Shown: positions 1 through 13,751, counted from the stretch's first letter. The stretch is DNA of 64,000 nucleotides from Octopus vulgaris (GCA_951406725.2 OX597816.1:99882001-99946000), one strand, 5' to 3'. Notes: generated by a model from the letters alone, not told the origin. A program made the numbers and translations.

Positions 1-31
1 TAACCCACCTAACAGATAACAGCACCTTATG

Positions 32-61
32 TACACACACACACACACACACATATACATG

Positions 62-106
<45 letters not shown>

Positions 107-115
107 GTGTGTGTA
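32..115. repeat. Compound (CA)n/(TA)n microsatellite, representative of dozens in the window
   Basis: Directly visible dinucleotide runs. Confidence 0.95.
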
Positions 116-127
116 TAAATATATTTT

Positions 128-215
128 TTTATTCTTTTATTTGTTTCATTCATTTGACTGTGGCCATGTTGGACCACCACTTTAAGGGGTTTTAGTTGAA
201 CAAATCGACCTAGGA
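128..215 (-). mobile_element. SINE 3' tail fragment (family also at 23690, 24850, 55258)
   Basis: catttgactgtggccatg...aacaaatcgacc matches the copy at 24870-24935. Confidence 0.7.
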
Positions 216-229
216 CGTTTTCCTTGTAT

Positions 230-1550
230 GCCTAACCCTAATCCTAACCCGAGCAAAAACCAAAGTCTTAGTAAGTAGGAAGGCTGTCAAATCACAACCC
301 ACCTCAGGTTGATGGCCCTGCTTGATCTGTAGAAAAGGCATGGCTAGAAACTCCATACAATGTACCTGGTGTAAGCTATGGACACATAAACGATGCAGCA
401 ATATTAAAGGAAGGTTAACCAGGAAAATAATCATTGTGTGTGACAGATGCCCAGGGGCAATAAACACTGAAGATGTACAGAAAACAGATTCCATCACATG
501 CCAGGGGAAGAAACTAGAAGTAGTTAATAGCTTCTACTCCCTAGGTGACCAAATCTGTAGTGGGGGTGGTTACTCTGAGAGTGTAGAACCTAGAGTAAGA
601 ATAGCCTGGGTAAAGTTCAGGGAGCTCCTACCTCTGCTGGCAACTAAGTGCCTCTCACTCAAGATGAAAGGTAGACTGCATGATGTATGTGTGTGAACTG
701 CCATGCTACATAGCAGTGAAACATGGGCCTTGAATGTTAAGGACATGCGTAGGCTTGAAAGACATGAAGCTAGTATGATCCACTGGATATCTAATGTCAG
801 TGTGCATACACATCAGAGTGTAAGTGCCCTGAGAGAAAAGTTAGACATAAGAAGTTTCAAATGTGGTGTGCAAGAGAAGTGACTGTGCTGGTATGGTCAT
901 ATGTTATGTATGAATGAAGACAGCTGTGTGAGAAGTCCTAGCAACTAAAGTGAGGTTGCAGCCACACATGTCTGGCCCTGTTAAGAATACCCCTGATGCA
1001 CTGGGCAATATGATATGCTTGAAAAGACCTGTTGAGTCAAGTAAAACCAATATCATAGCTGTGGCCAGTGCCTCCTGACTGGCTCCCATGCCAGTGGTAC
1101 ATAAAGAGGACCAACCAAGCATGGCTGATGCCAGTACCCACAGACTGGCTCCTGTGTCAGTGGCATGTAAAAAGCACCATCCAACTGTGGTCGATGCCAG
1201 ATCCGCCTGACTGGTTCCTGTGCTGGTAGCACATAAAAAGTACCAACCAATTGTGGCCGATGCCAGTACCTGCTGACTGGCTCTTGTGCCAGTGGCACAT
1301 AAAAAGCACCATCCAAACGTGATCGATGCCAGGCCTGCCTAACAGGCTCCTGTGCCAGTGGCACGTAAAAAGACACTCACTACAATCTCAGAGTGTAGGC
1401 ATTAGGAAAGGCATCCAGCTGTAGAAACATTGCCAGATCAGATTGGAGCCTGGTGCAGCTGCTGGCTCTCCAGACCTTAGTCAAACTGTCCAACCCATGC
1501 CAGCATGGAAAGTAGCGGCGAAACGATGATGATATGATGCTGATGATGAT
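230..1550 (+). mobile_element. 5'-truncated RTE-clade LINE: RT C-terminus, 3' UTR and (GAT)n tail; inactive
   Basis: Motifs AKTKVL, LEVVNSFYSLG, RVRIAWVKFRELLPLL, SETW, WYGH interrupted by stops; terminal hairpin ccatgccagcatgg followed by gatgatgat. Confidence 0.9.
1060..1380 (+). repeat. ~60-bp tandem array inside the RTE 3' UTR
   Basis: About five units built around gactggctcctgtgccagtggcacrtaaaaagcacc...gatgccag. Confidence 0.85.
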
Positions 1551-2804
1551 ATATTTATATATATATTTATATATTCAAATATGAATTAGAAGCAGCTCAA
1601 GTTATATAAACAAAGTCAAGCATACATACATGAAGTGTGTGTGTTGTTAGTTCGTTGGGTGGCTGTGTTTTTGTTAGGGGTAAGGTAATATATTCTCAAT
1701 GCCTTTGGTGTAAAGACACCTGAAAGCAAGTCAAAACCAAGTGAGACAACTTACATCAAATCACTTTCTTTGGGGTGACTGACATCGATGTTGCATCATC
1801 TTTTTGACTTGTGAATGCCACATACCGAATAGGGTTTGTTGTGAGCTATCTAAGTCCCAACATGTCACGCCAAGAAAAAATTCAAATATGAACTAGAAGC
1901 AGCTTGAAGAATATAAACAAAGCCAAACACACTATATAGTCATAGCCAGTTAGATAGTTCACAGCTAGTTAGATATATTCCTGGATATGACTTAAAATTG
2001 TATCCAGTCATGGGGCTCTTTTTTTGCAAGTTCCAGTGTTTTGAGAAATGTGGAACTACCTCTTAGCCACTATTGTCCCCAGGTCTACTCTGACTCAGAG
2101 AAGTCGCACCTGTCAAGATCCCAGCTACTGATTGACTAGCATATGTGATGATATTTCATCAGCATGTAGGAATACAGAAATACCCTTGGTTGGTGTCAAG
2201 ACATGCAGTTAAACCACCAAGAGTAAGCGACTCCTAACTGTTGTCATAGCTAGGATGTCATAGCATCCTTCTTGGAGAGGGATATACTGATGTAAAACCT
2301 GTAGCTTCATGTAATTACTGGTCATCTTGCTTTGGTCTGTCACTAGATACTAATCATAGAGACACAGAGAATGGTAAAAGTATTGTAGAAGCGTTTAGTA
2401 CTATAATCTCATGACATACAGATGTCTTATATATGAATGGATACTTTGGTAGGTGAGTATATGAATGGATTAGTGATACTTTTATAATGGTCTCACATTT
2501 GTTTATTAAGAAAGATCAGTTCTGTATTACAAATAAATGTTTGAAATGTTGTTACCCATAATCTGACACTGAAGCAATCTTCAATTTTCAAAATAACTCA
2601 GTCAAATATCCAAATATATTTGATGTTTTCGACTAGACAATCTAATACTTACATGTCAAACTGCATGTAAAAATGGTCTACAACCAAAATATATGGAAGG
2701 AAATATGACAAAACTTGAAGTAGTTATGAGATTAAATCATTATGTTATAGATTACCAGAGAGAGGAAGCTGGGGTCCTATTATTTATTCTGTTTAAGGAG
2801 GTTA

Positions 2805-3000
2805 TCTGGCATTTTGGACAAAATATTCAGTAGTGTTTTGTCTGTCTTTACATTTTGGTTTCAAATTCAGCTGAGGTCAACTCTGCTATTTGTTGTCTCA
2901 AGGCTGATAAAATAAGTTCTAGTTGAGCACTGGAATCATTGTATTCAACTAGCTTCCTCCCACAAAATTTCAGGTTTTATGCCTATAGTAGAAAAGATTA
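2805..3000 (+). mobile_element. tRNA-derived SINE with Meta-like central domain (degenerate)
   Basis: B-box-like tttcaaattc, then gaggtcaactctgc...gataaaataagttctagttgagcactgg; same family as 16705 and 32178. Confidence 0.7.
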
Positions 3001-3812
3001 TTTATTCTAGTCTTTCTTCAGTCATGTTATAGATTATGGTAGAAACTGAATACCATGTATTCACTTTTAAATGTATTGGATGGAGATGAGAAGATCTAAC
3101 AGAGTGTTTTAGACTATATGACTGATTTATAACTATGCTATTTCTAAGGACTTTATGTTATAGAAATAGGTTTCTACATCACAATTTCCCTGCATAAGGA
3201 TTTTGACATAAACTGGAAAGAAATCTCACAAGGAAAAATGTCTTTTTAACATTTAAAATATGTTTATACACCATGTCTGATAGAAAGAGTATGAAGATGG
3301 GATGAAACAGTTAAATTTTATTATATATAGTGAGAAAGGCAAGACAGCCAAGTCACCAAAGAATCAAGGTTAGTCACAAACATTGTGATATGTCCATGGC
3401 CAAGACAGCATATGTCATGTGGAATTACAGCTTTTTGCTGTAAACAGTAGCACTACTGTAAGACTGATAAGTGTGTTGTTACCTTGCTTTGCTGAATGCA
3501 AACTCTTACACTTAGTATAGCTTGCATAGAGAAGGACTCAACCAAGTTAACATAGACTATTTATACATCTCATGTAGAGAAAATTTACAAACATGCTCTT
3601 ACATGCCCTTACAACCAAGAAAGTTATAAGTCTCAAAATTACCATGTGTAATTAATCAATTAATTAATCCTCCATTCAAGTACATGAGCTCATACTGTCA
3701 GTGATTAACTCTGGTTTCAGAAACATTCAGTGGATGAAAGTAAACAAATCTACCCTCTGATAAGATATAGATATATTGCAGATAATTTCCTAAAAAAAGC
3801 CTAGTATATATT

Positions 3813-3868
3813 ATCATCATCATCATCATCTTTTAACATCCGCTTTCCACGCTAGCACGGGTTGGACC
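3813..3868 (-). mobile_element. RTE 3'-end stub (similar stub at 12710-12810)
   Basis: (CAT)n followed by tttaacatccgctttccacgctagcacgggttggac. Confidence 0.8.
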
Positions 3869-4949
3869 AAATTATTTATCTATATAAATAATTTCAACCA
3901 TGTGAAATAATATTTGTAGTGATATGTAAACTTCCCATGTCTAAGCTTTGCATCTAATATCTTATCCGCTGACCCATTTCATTTTGAATATGATTTTAAT
4001 TTTGAAATTTTTTATCCATTTTCCTATGCATAAACATTGGTTTTTTTTTACTATTGCTTGATCCAAAATACAACTGGATAACATTTCTACTTCTAACCAC
4101 TTAACTGAGAAGTAGAGATAGTATCTTTCATTCCAAGTAAATGTATGCAAGTACAATTATATACCTTCACCTGAAGCACAAGTGAAGTCTCACTTGAACT
4201 GCTGTCTAATCTGACAACTTGATATTATAAATATTCTCTCTCTCTCTCTCATAATTCCATTTTTTCAAAGCTGTTGTTAAAACCCAGTATATTGTCCTCT
4301 TGGATAAAGTAAGTTTAGTAAGAACATTGACAATGGAGTGACTGACAGACTGATGGTTTCTTACTTAGAGTACCACCATGGCGATCCCACTCCATCACAC
4401 AACCAATTTATATGAAGTGTTTATGGATTTCCTCTCTTCTAAAGTATAAGGGCAGCTTCATAACACTCATATTCAGAGATAGTTTGACTTTCTCTCTTCC
4501 CTTTCCCACTATCTATCCATTGTACCTCACTTTTCTTTCTGTCCTTCACTCAAAAGTATTTTTTCTTCTTTTCAAACTTTTTAGATATGATTCTTTAATT
4601 TTCTTTTGCCCTTCTACCTTCCCATTACATCTTTTGTTCCACTTTCTACTATATGAATCCTTCTTTTTATTTTCTCTCAACATTGTAGGCTGTAATGAAA
4701 GCCTCTGTTGAGTGAACACAAACACTACATGATGCAATGAATGGCAGCCCTTCACTGCAGCTTGCAGAGTCTAGGGGAACTCTAACTCTGAATAAAAACT
4801 GATACAATGTGGAGGGAACACCTTAATTATGATAAATAACCTCTCTAATGTTGTCACATGATGAAAGACACCCATTCATCCTCAGTAGGGATCTGGAAAA
4901 TGGTTATAAATACCAAATCCTTCTTCAGGGAAATATGTACAACCCATCA

Positions 4950-7200
4950 TAGGTTACTCTTTAGTGACTTGAAAATAACAGTCGAATAGACTGCGAAATG
5001 AAAAACATTCTGGGGTAGGAAGATGTGGAAACTGAAATACTCTTCAACCAAATATATGTTAAAGGCTGTTCTAGAGGACATATGAAATGAAAGGGAGGAG
5101 AAAATGGAAATCTATAACATACAGGACAAATGGAAATTTTTATGATGCCATCTGCCGCAAGCTACAAACCATTCTTGTAGCTGGAGCCAGTTAGCAGCTA
5201 GACATAAAATAACATGATAGTAAACAGAGCAATAAAAGTTAAAAGACAAGCAGGCATGGAATGAATCAAAGAATGGGACAGCAAAGAACTAAATCACATA
5301 GCAAAGCAGGAAGTTAGATGACAAGAGTAGGTACGTTAAAGAGAAATAGAAAGCAGGAAATTTGCTAGTGTTCTGCAACAAGGAGATTAGAGGCGTGAGG
5401 TACTTTGGATTGCAAAGTAATATACCTGAATAAATTAAGGTTAGTTGAGGAAAAGTGCTTTTCAAACAATAGTAGTACACTTAATCTCATAAATAAGAGT
5501 CTTGGAAATATTATGAGAAGCTTCTCAATCTGGAAAAACATATACAGAAAGATAAGCTACTGAAGTGGATAGTTATATGATCAAAATGATCATTAACAAT
5601 AGGAAGGTGAGGAAAGCAGTGAATTTATCCAGTATATTTGCTGTCTAGTGAAGTATGCTCAGAGTTAGTTCCATAATCAACCAGGAAATACAAGGAGGTA
5701 TCACATTCAAAGAATGGTGCAGCAGTATAATCAACTGTTATACAAGCAAAGGAGATGATTTGCAAAGAAGCAATTGCAGAGACATCAGACTAAAGGACCA
5801 AGTTACGAAAGTAATGGAAAGAGTATTAGAGCAATTAATTAGTAAGGGAATAAGCTTAGATGAGATGCAGCTTGAACTTGGGCCAAGCTGTAGTACTACT
5901 GATATTTTTTCAGAGTGTTACAACTGCAGTAGGAATTTTTAACTGAGAAGAAACGTCTCTACCAAGCAGTTTGTTTGGAGAAGACCTTTGGCAGGGAATC
6001 TCAATCTGAAGTCCAGTAGTCTTTAAGAAAACTAATTGTAGACAAATGGCTTTTCATAGTGGTACAAACCATGTAGTGGAATGTGGTCAGCAAAATGAGT
6101 GTTGGCAATGAATTTAGCAATGAATTTAGCATGCAAGTAGATGTTCACTAAGGCTTGGTTCTCACCACCTTCATTAAATTACTCCAAGTAGTGTCATTTT
6201 AGATTCCATAGGAACTTCTATTTGTTGCTATAATTAGTTCTTAGCATAGAATCTGTAAAAGACTTAAAGAAGAAATTCCAAATGTGCAAGCAAAATCTAA
6301 AGTCAAAAGACTCCATGGAAACTTGGCAAATACCAAATGCTTTAAGGAGTAGAAAAGAGAACAAGGCACTTCTGCCATCAGGGAAATGGCTGTACTTGAC
6401 ATGCAGAAAAGGAGTAGGAAGGTTCTCCATGCAGTATACATGATGTGAGCTATGGGTGCACATTACATGTACTAGGATCAGAGGAAGCTGATAAAAAATA
6501 AGGATTTTGTATGTGGGATACATACAGGAGTAGTTATAGCACTACTAAAATAACTTCTTTTTAATGTTTGGAAGCTCTACAGAAGTGGTTGCATTCCATC
6601 TGTCACTTGGGCAACCTATTCAGCAGTGAAAGAGGGTGCTCTGAAAACATGGTAGCCAGAATAAGGACAGACTGAAACAAGTTCAAAAGCCATTACATCT
6701 ATTGGCATCAAAGGGATTCTCTCTTCAGGTAGAGCAAGAATTGTATATTGATTATGTACAAAATGCAATACTGTGATGCACAATAGTGTGACAGGGAAAC
6801 TGAATGCAGAAGATATATAAAGGTTGAAGAGAAATGAAGCCAGTATGTTCTGTTGGATGTGTAATGCTGGTATGCATGAATAATGGGGAACAGTTGAACT
6901 GTGAAATAAAATAGGTGTAAGAGAAATTGGTTGTTGTATGCAGGAATGAAGGTTGCATTGGTATGGATGTGTAAAACACATAAAGGATACCAGAGAGGCA
7001 AAGAAGTACCCAGATAGTGACATAGATAGAACTGGAGAAGACCAAAGAAGATAGGGACTGAATTGGTAAAAGCTGATTTCAAATTCTGAATCTCACACAA
7101 GAAATGATAAAAGAGTGTAACAAATAGTGAGATGTATTGAAAAGGGCCTGTCTAACCCAGCAAGCATAGGAAAGCTAATGGGAAAATATCAGTGACAAGG
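4950..7200 (+). mobile_element. Old, heavily decayed RTE LINE (endonuclease remnant, RT and 3' end)
   Basis: KGDDLQRSNCRDIRL..KVMERVLEQLI (ORF 5655), LEKTF, the PHD-like segment near 6380-6530, RLKRNEASM.CWMCN, and terminal cccagcaagcatagg; many stops and frameshifts. Confidence 0.8.
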
Positions 7201-10200
7201 ACAATAAGTAAATTGTAAAATAAAATACTTTAAGGTCTCTATTGATTAATGTGACTGATTAGTATATTTTACACTAATTATTATGTGAATCTTTTGGATA
7301 AAGATTTGTGGTACTAAATATTGCTTCAAAGTTAGAAAACTTAAACTTTATTTAGATATGTGAAAGAAATGAAAAATATGGAGAGAAATGTAAAATGTTA
7401 GTGGTTATGACAATCACAATAGCAGTAAACAATGGAAAACTTTGTAAAAGTTATTTGTGAAGCAAGAGAGAAAGACTCACAGGGAAAAATCAATAACAAA
7501 TGAGATATGTTAAGGGAAATCTTTAGTTGAAAAGTATCATTCCTTACAAAACATAATATTACATGAAATAAAGCTTATTGAGTAAAACCATCACAGAAGA
7601 AAGATATTATTAAGAACTGAATATCAACCATTCAATGTGGATAAAGAAGAGCTTCTCAAGAGGAATAGGTATATCTCAGAAGAGCAAACATTAGAAGAAA
7701 CTTCAAACAAAGTAGTAGAATATTTCTATTGTTATTCTATGGTGAAGGATATTGGAGTAGATAAATATGCCTCTTATAAACTGTTGACAATGAAGGAAAC
7801 GGTTCAAACATTATCCAAAACTTCTAGCCCAAAGATAACATATCACAGCAATCTAAACTATAAAAAAAAAAGAAAAAAAGAATAAAAATGATAGATTAAA
7901 ATTTACTAAATAAAAGCTGTTAGATAAGCATTATCACAACTGCTTCTATTAAATTTTTATTTTAGATCCAAATGTTGTAAGACTGAATGATTTCTTGAAA
8001 ATATTGTTTATAAATGAACATGCTGTCATTCATTTTGGCAGGGTAGTTTAACTGATTTTAATTAGTGAACAATCTTAAGAGTTCTGAATCAGCAAATATT
8101 CTGAGGCCCAAACATCACTTAGATATAGCAAAGCCACTTCAAGTTATTCTTCTAACACTTCCAGTTTCTTTCTTAAATTCTTTGTCTCTACAAGTGCCCA
8201 GAGGTTTGTGTGTACATGTGTGGGTGTTCTTCCTGTTGTCAAAGTTGTTTATCATTTCGTTAACCATACTCACTCGGATAAAATGCTTTACATTGCACCA
8301 CTAAATTGCACTAAATTTCTGTGAAAAAAGCCATTGGTAAAAAATAACAGTCTGTAAATCAAAGAATATCAGAAGAAAACAAAAGAAAAAAGGAAACAAA
8401 AAAAGGATACAAGAAACTAAGTTTTGATATCTTATACATACATTGATTTTGGGTAGCTGACATTTTATTTTAACAAACAGCTTTCGGTAAGTTTCCAGTT
8501 TTGAAAACTCTTGAAACAAATGGAGCTGAAGATAAGTAGACACTACAACCACATCGTTCTCTTAATACATGTACAAACACATATTTACATCCACTCATGC
8601 ACCTATGCTTCTGTGTAGTTATGCACACATAAAACACACTTACTAGCATTGTATATATTTTAATCAATTATTGTTAGGAAAAATGCTTCTTCATCTGTTA
8701 TAAATCAATATGTCAAGAAAAATATTCTATCATTTAATGTTTGTCCTGAGGGTATAGTCATGCAATGAGAATATCTATCTTGTCATCATGTTAGTTTTTA
8801 TGCAGCCTTCCACTTATATCTCTATGTACAGTTCTGCAGTTATTGAAATATACTTGATGCAGTATGAGTGTTTGTCAAACCTGATATTTCTTTCAAAATG
8901 ACCACAACAAACTTGCTGTTTATTCTCCTTCTCTTATGCTTTTACTTACTACTTACCTGAAACAGTGTGCATTTAAGTATTAGTTGGAAGAGGTGTTTCA
9001 TTGTCTATATATTTTTTATAAAAGATGCACTAAACTATCAGCCAAAGGTCAGTGGTTCATAACCTGTCACTTCACCATTCATGCACTAGAAATCTAGTCA
9101 AATATAAATGGCCCAGTTTATCTAAGTGTAAATTAGTATCAGGTGGTAAATAAATTTTACTGCTATAAAACTGTTATTTTCCCAATTATTTTTTAATATA
9201 TTGAGTTCACTGATCTAACCAAGGTGATTTACACTATATGAAGACAAGATCTTCAGAAGCATTCTCTGAGGCCCAATGAACCACAAGATTCATCATTGTC
9301 ATTAGTAGATTTGGAAGTAAGAATAAATGGGCATTAATATGTTTAATGCAATGTTTGATGGTTGGTTGCTGTAAGGAAAATATGAACTGAGAAATTATTT
9401 GAAAAGATACATAATTCTGAAAGTAAGAATGAGATAAGTGATTAATACAAAACAAAGTAGTGGTGATACATTGCAACAATGATAAGAAGTTTAGGAATAG
9501 ATGCATATGGTAAATAATAAATTCATAAAAGCAGACAGTGCTTTTAGATAAATTAACATAGTAGAGCAAGAGTACATTTTGATGATATTGGAAAATAAAG
9601 GTTTAATTATTTTGAGGATTAATTTTATTAAATGCACCCTAGAATATGAATATATATGGTTTGAGCTCTGGCCAAGGTAGTAAAAGTTAATTTGTACATT
9701 GTATGGAGATAACTGAAATATTTTATGGATATGAAACCTAAGCCGAATTTTTCTACTGCAGTCTTGGCAATATGTAGAAATTGTAATCACTTGAGAATCA
9801 ACATTAAACACTTAAGGAGTGCAAGATTAGATTGTCTTGCAGTCTTTAGTTTTATCTGGTGCATTCCAGAATTTTTTAGACTAGTTCAGGAGAGACATTT
9901 ATTAATTTCAAAGAAGTACAAAACTCTAATCTTCAAAGGAAGACCCTTTGTCTTCAATGCACTTGAAGAGCTCTCACCACTTTATGAAGGCCCCCATGGA
10001 AGTCCTCCAAAGTGAGAGTGTCCAAGACCCTTGTCATAGCCATCTTCATCATCTCAACATCTTCAAAATGACTGATGCTGAGGTTCTCCTTCAGATTGGG
10101 GAACAACTAAAAGTCACAGAGAGTAAGGTCTGGGCTGTAATAAGGATGTGGGAGAATTTTGATGCTCATCTCTGTCAAGTAATTGGTTACCTGGATGGAA

Positions 10201-10297
10201 TTGTGAACTAGTGCATTGTCCTGGTGCAAGTGCATCAATTTAAATGGAAGAGCTCTTGCCTTTTGTGATGAAATCTTTTCCTGAACTCCCTTGAAAC

Positions 10298-10740
10298 ATC
10301 ATCATCATCATCATCATTTAGCGTCCGTTTTCCATGCTAGCATGGGTTGGACGGTTCAACTGGGGTCTGTGAAGCCGGAAGGCTTCATCAGGCCCAGTCA
10401 GATCTGGCAGTGTTTCTACAGCTGGATGCCCTTCCTAACGCCAACCACTCCGTGAGTGTAGTGGGTGCTTTTTACGTGCCACCTGCACAGGTGCCAGACA
10501 GAGCTGGCAAACGGCCACGAACAGATGGTGCTTTTATGTGCCACAGGCACGGGGGCCAGGCAAGGCTGGCAACGGACACGAGCAGATGGTGCTTTTACAT
10601 GCCACCGGTACGGGGGCCAGGCGAGGCTGGCAACGGACACGAATGGATGGTGCTTTTACGTGCCACCGGCACGGGGGCCAGGCGAGGCTGGCAACGGACA
10701 CAAGCGGATGGTGCTTTTACGTGCCACCGGCACGGGGGCC
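10298..10740 (-). mobile_element. Young RTE 3' UTR fragment with a ~59-bp tandem array, inserted in the mariner
   Basis: (CAT)n tail, ccatgctagcatgg hairpin, CpG-rich units ggtgcttttacgtgccaccggcacgggggccaggcgaggctggcaacgg; flanked by aaac on both sides. Confidence 0.9.
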
Positions 10741-11054
10741 AAACCTTCACAAAAAATCTTTGTTGACTGTCTGGCCAGAAGATACCTAGTGGATGTAGAT
10801 GATACCCATGCTGTCGAAAAAGTGGGGATCATCATGAGCTTCTTGATGGACTTGTTTTGCCTGGCCTCTTGTGCCAGTTAGAAACAGATGCTCAACTCAT
10901 AAAAGTTAATCCATCGTTAGTCTGGAGCATTTTGTAAGATTTTGTAGCATTTTACTCAGATTAACACAAAACTTTATTGTATAGCAAGCTTCTAAATTGT
11001 CTTCCCATCCCAACTACATTCCACTGTGACAAGCAGTATTTAGTAGTGTGTAGA

Positions 11055-11368
11055 AGGCATGTGGCTTAGTGGTTAGGGTATTCAGCCCATGATTGTAAGG
11101 TTGTGAGTTTGATTCTTGACAGTGCATTGTGTCCTTGAGCAAGAGACTTATTTTCATGTGGCTCCAGTTCACTCAGCTGGCAGAAATGAGTAGTATCCAT
11201 ATTTCAAAAGGGTAGCTTTGTCACATTTTGTGTTATGTTGAATCTCCCTGAGAACTGCATTAAAAGTACATGTGCCTGTGGAGTGCTCAGCCACTTACAC
11301 ATTAATTTCACAAGCAAGCTGTTCCATTATGTGGAACCCTTGTCATCATAACCAACAGAGTGCCAGTT
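11055..11368 (+). mobile_element. tRNA-derived SINE inserted in the mariner
   Basis: A box tggcttagtgg, degenerate B box gtttgattc, then gtgtccttgagcaagagactt; similar flanks ttagta(g/cag)tgtgt. Confidence 0.75.
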
Positions 11369-12812
11369 AGTACAGTGTGTTCAAAGTGCTGTTGCAGCCA
11401 TTTCCTTCAATCTGAAATAAAAATAGTTGGCAGATAAACTTATTTTAGTAATGATATTCTAGGACAGTTACAACTGCCTCTCCTAAAAAAATGTCTCAAA
11501 ACTTCTGGAATGCACCTCATACACCCACACTTCATATACCACTTGACTCCATCTTTTATCTTCTCAAAGTCATCAAAATAACTACATGTAATACATTAAA
11601 GTTCAGTTCAGTCAGTTATACTTGTACCACTAGATCTGGAAATATGTTTTAATTTGATCTTTTAGACTCATTAAAGGTTAAAATGGAAATAGTGCCATAC
11701 ATGATAAGCAGAATATCAGATCCCGTTCAGTCACATAAGAGAAGAAATGGGACCAAGTGATGTTCAAATCTGTCATAAACGAATTATTGGTGTATATGAA
11801 ATGAAAGTATTACTACTAATAAAAATAGCTTCTTAGAATCACACAATGCAATTAACATCTCCTTAAATTAACTCTAGTACATAAGAGCTACTTATTTTAT
11901 TGATACCAGAGATTGAAAAGTGGAATTTCAAACTTAGGTTGGAGAGCAATAGAAGAAAATACTGCAAGGTATAGCACACTATTAATTCTGCTGTATCATT
12001 GCATATTACCACCACCACCACCGCCACCACCTCCATTACTGCCACCACTGCTGCTGCCACTGCTGTTCCTACTACCACCACCACTACCATTATCACTACT
12101 ACTACTACTACTACTACTATGTTTGCTATTCAGAATATAAATCAAAGTTGAATATAGTTGTATTTCTTACAGCAAATCTTTATTATATCAACTTTGTATT
12201 TTTATTTTATCTTTCCTCAATTTTAAGGGGCATATATAGATGATGTAGCTATGTTATTAGAAAAAGTAAAATCTTATTTTTAAAAAAGAAAAAAAAAAGA
12301 AAAGAAAAATAACTCTTAATTGATAGAATGTGACACCTGCAAGCAGTTTGAAAATGCATTGACTGAAAGCAAAATTATTGATCCATGTCAATTCATCATC
12401 TCAAAAGTCCAAAAGCAAGACCTTCATATTGATTTTGTATTATATTTAGCCCATTTCTGATTTTCTCACCTAAAATCAAAAATGTAAAATAAAAAAATAT
12501 ATCAGCTGCACATTTTACTATAATTCAGTTTCTTCACTCAGAATCATCGTTGAAAGGTAATTTTGTTTCTTACATGCTTTATTGTTTTAGTTTTCTAGGG
12601 TATTTTATTAATTTTACATGTGTGAGTTTGCGTGTTTACTCATTAAAATAAAAAGGAAACCACATTCTAGAATAAAGAACTTGATACCAGTTTATGAAGG
12701 GGTAGAGTATCATCATCATCATCATCATCATCATAATTTAATGTCGCCCTTTCATGCTGGCGTGGGTGGGACAGTTTGACAAGAGCCAGTCAAGCAGAAG
12801 CCTTCAGTTGTA

Positions 12813-12852
<40 letters not shown>

Positions 12853-13254
12853 ATGTATGAGAGAGAGTGAGGGAGTGCATGCGTGTGTATCATTTCTAAC
12901 TTTTAAAGTTAATATCTAGGTCACCCATATATTTTTTATTTTTTTGAGAAAAATATCATCTGAAGTACTTCATCAGACTCATACCATCTTAGCTATAATT
13001 GATATATAGTCATGTGTTTACTAGCAGGTTACTTAGTCTAGTATGGCATATTTAATCTTTTATAGTTCCCCTAAACTTAGTTTCTCACTGACAAGATGGT
13101 GTTTCCTTCCAGGTGAAATCAGTTTCTTTTTGATATTTTAAAACTATAATGGCACAACAGAGAACACAGTGCCAGATTAAATGACCTTGTAGTTCTATCC
13201 ATTTAAATTCTGAGTTCAGATACAGATTGTACTGTTTATGCCTTTCTTTCATTC

Positions 13255-13673
13255 AGGGCTGTGCTGGCAAAATTGTTTGCAAGCAAAACAAACTGCTTTG
13301 CAGCATTTCTTCTGAGTTCAAATTTCATCAAAGTTGGCTCTGCTTTTTACCCTTTCAAGATTGATAAAATAAGTACCATACAGTTCTATATTTAAGAGAT
13401 GAGGAATTATGTACATTATTTACAATTGACGGATATTTGTCCTCATCTTGTTTGTTGTTAATACGTTTTGGCTGATATACCCTCCAGCCTTCATCAGGTG
13501 TCTTGGGGAAATTTCGAACCTGGGTTCTCATTCCTAAGGTATTTTTTGATGTATTATTATTATTATTGTTATTATTCAGGTCACTGCCTGGAATCGAACT
13601 TGAAATCCGAATTCAATTCCTGGCAGTGACCTAACGAGTCTGACTCGATGTTGTTGTTGTTGTTGTTGTTGTT

Positions 13674-13751
<78 letters not shown>

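Larger units (their letters stand above)
9853..11521 (-). mobile_element. Decayed mariner DNA transposon with two nested insertions
   Basis: Inverted termini ggtgcattccagaattttttagac (~9858-9881) and gtctcaaaacttctggaatgcacc (~11493-11516). The minus strand near 10080-10235 reads HLHQDNA...ILPHPYYSPDLTLCDF*LFPNLKENL, the mariner YSPDL motif. Confidence 0.85.

Noticed and set aside
8945-9060. Perfect minus-strand donor CAG|gtaagt near 8957
   Set aside because: No recognisable coding frame or acceptor; isolated splice consensus sites are expected by chance in 64 kb.
10465-10740. Repeat-spacer-like arrays with palindromic cores (also 1060-1380 and 49400-49770) as CRISPR
   Set aside because: The intervening sequences are homologous to each other, the arrays sit in LINE 3' UTRs of a eukaryote, and there are no cas genes.
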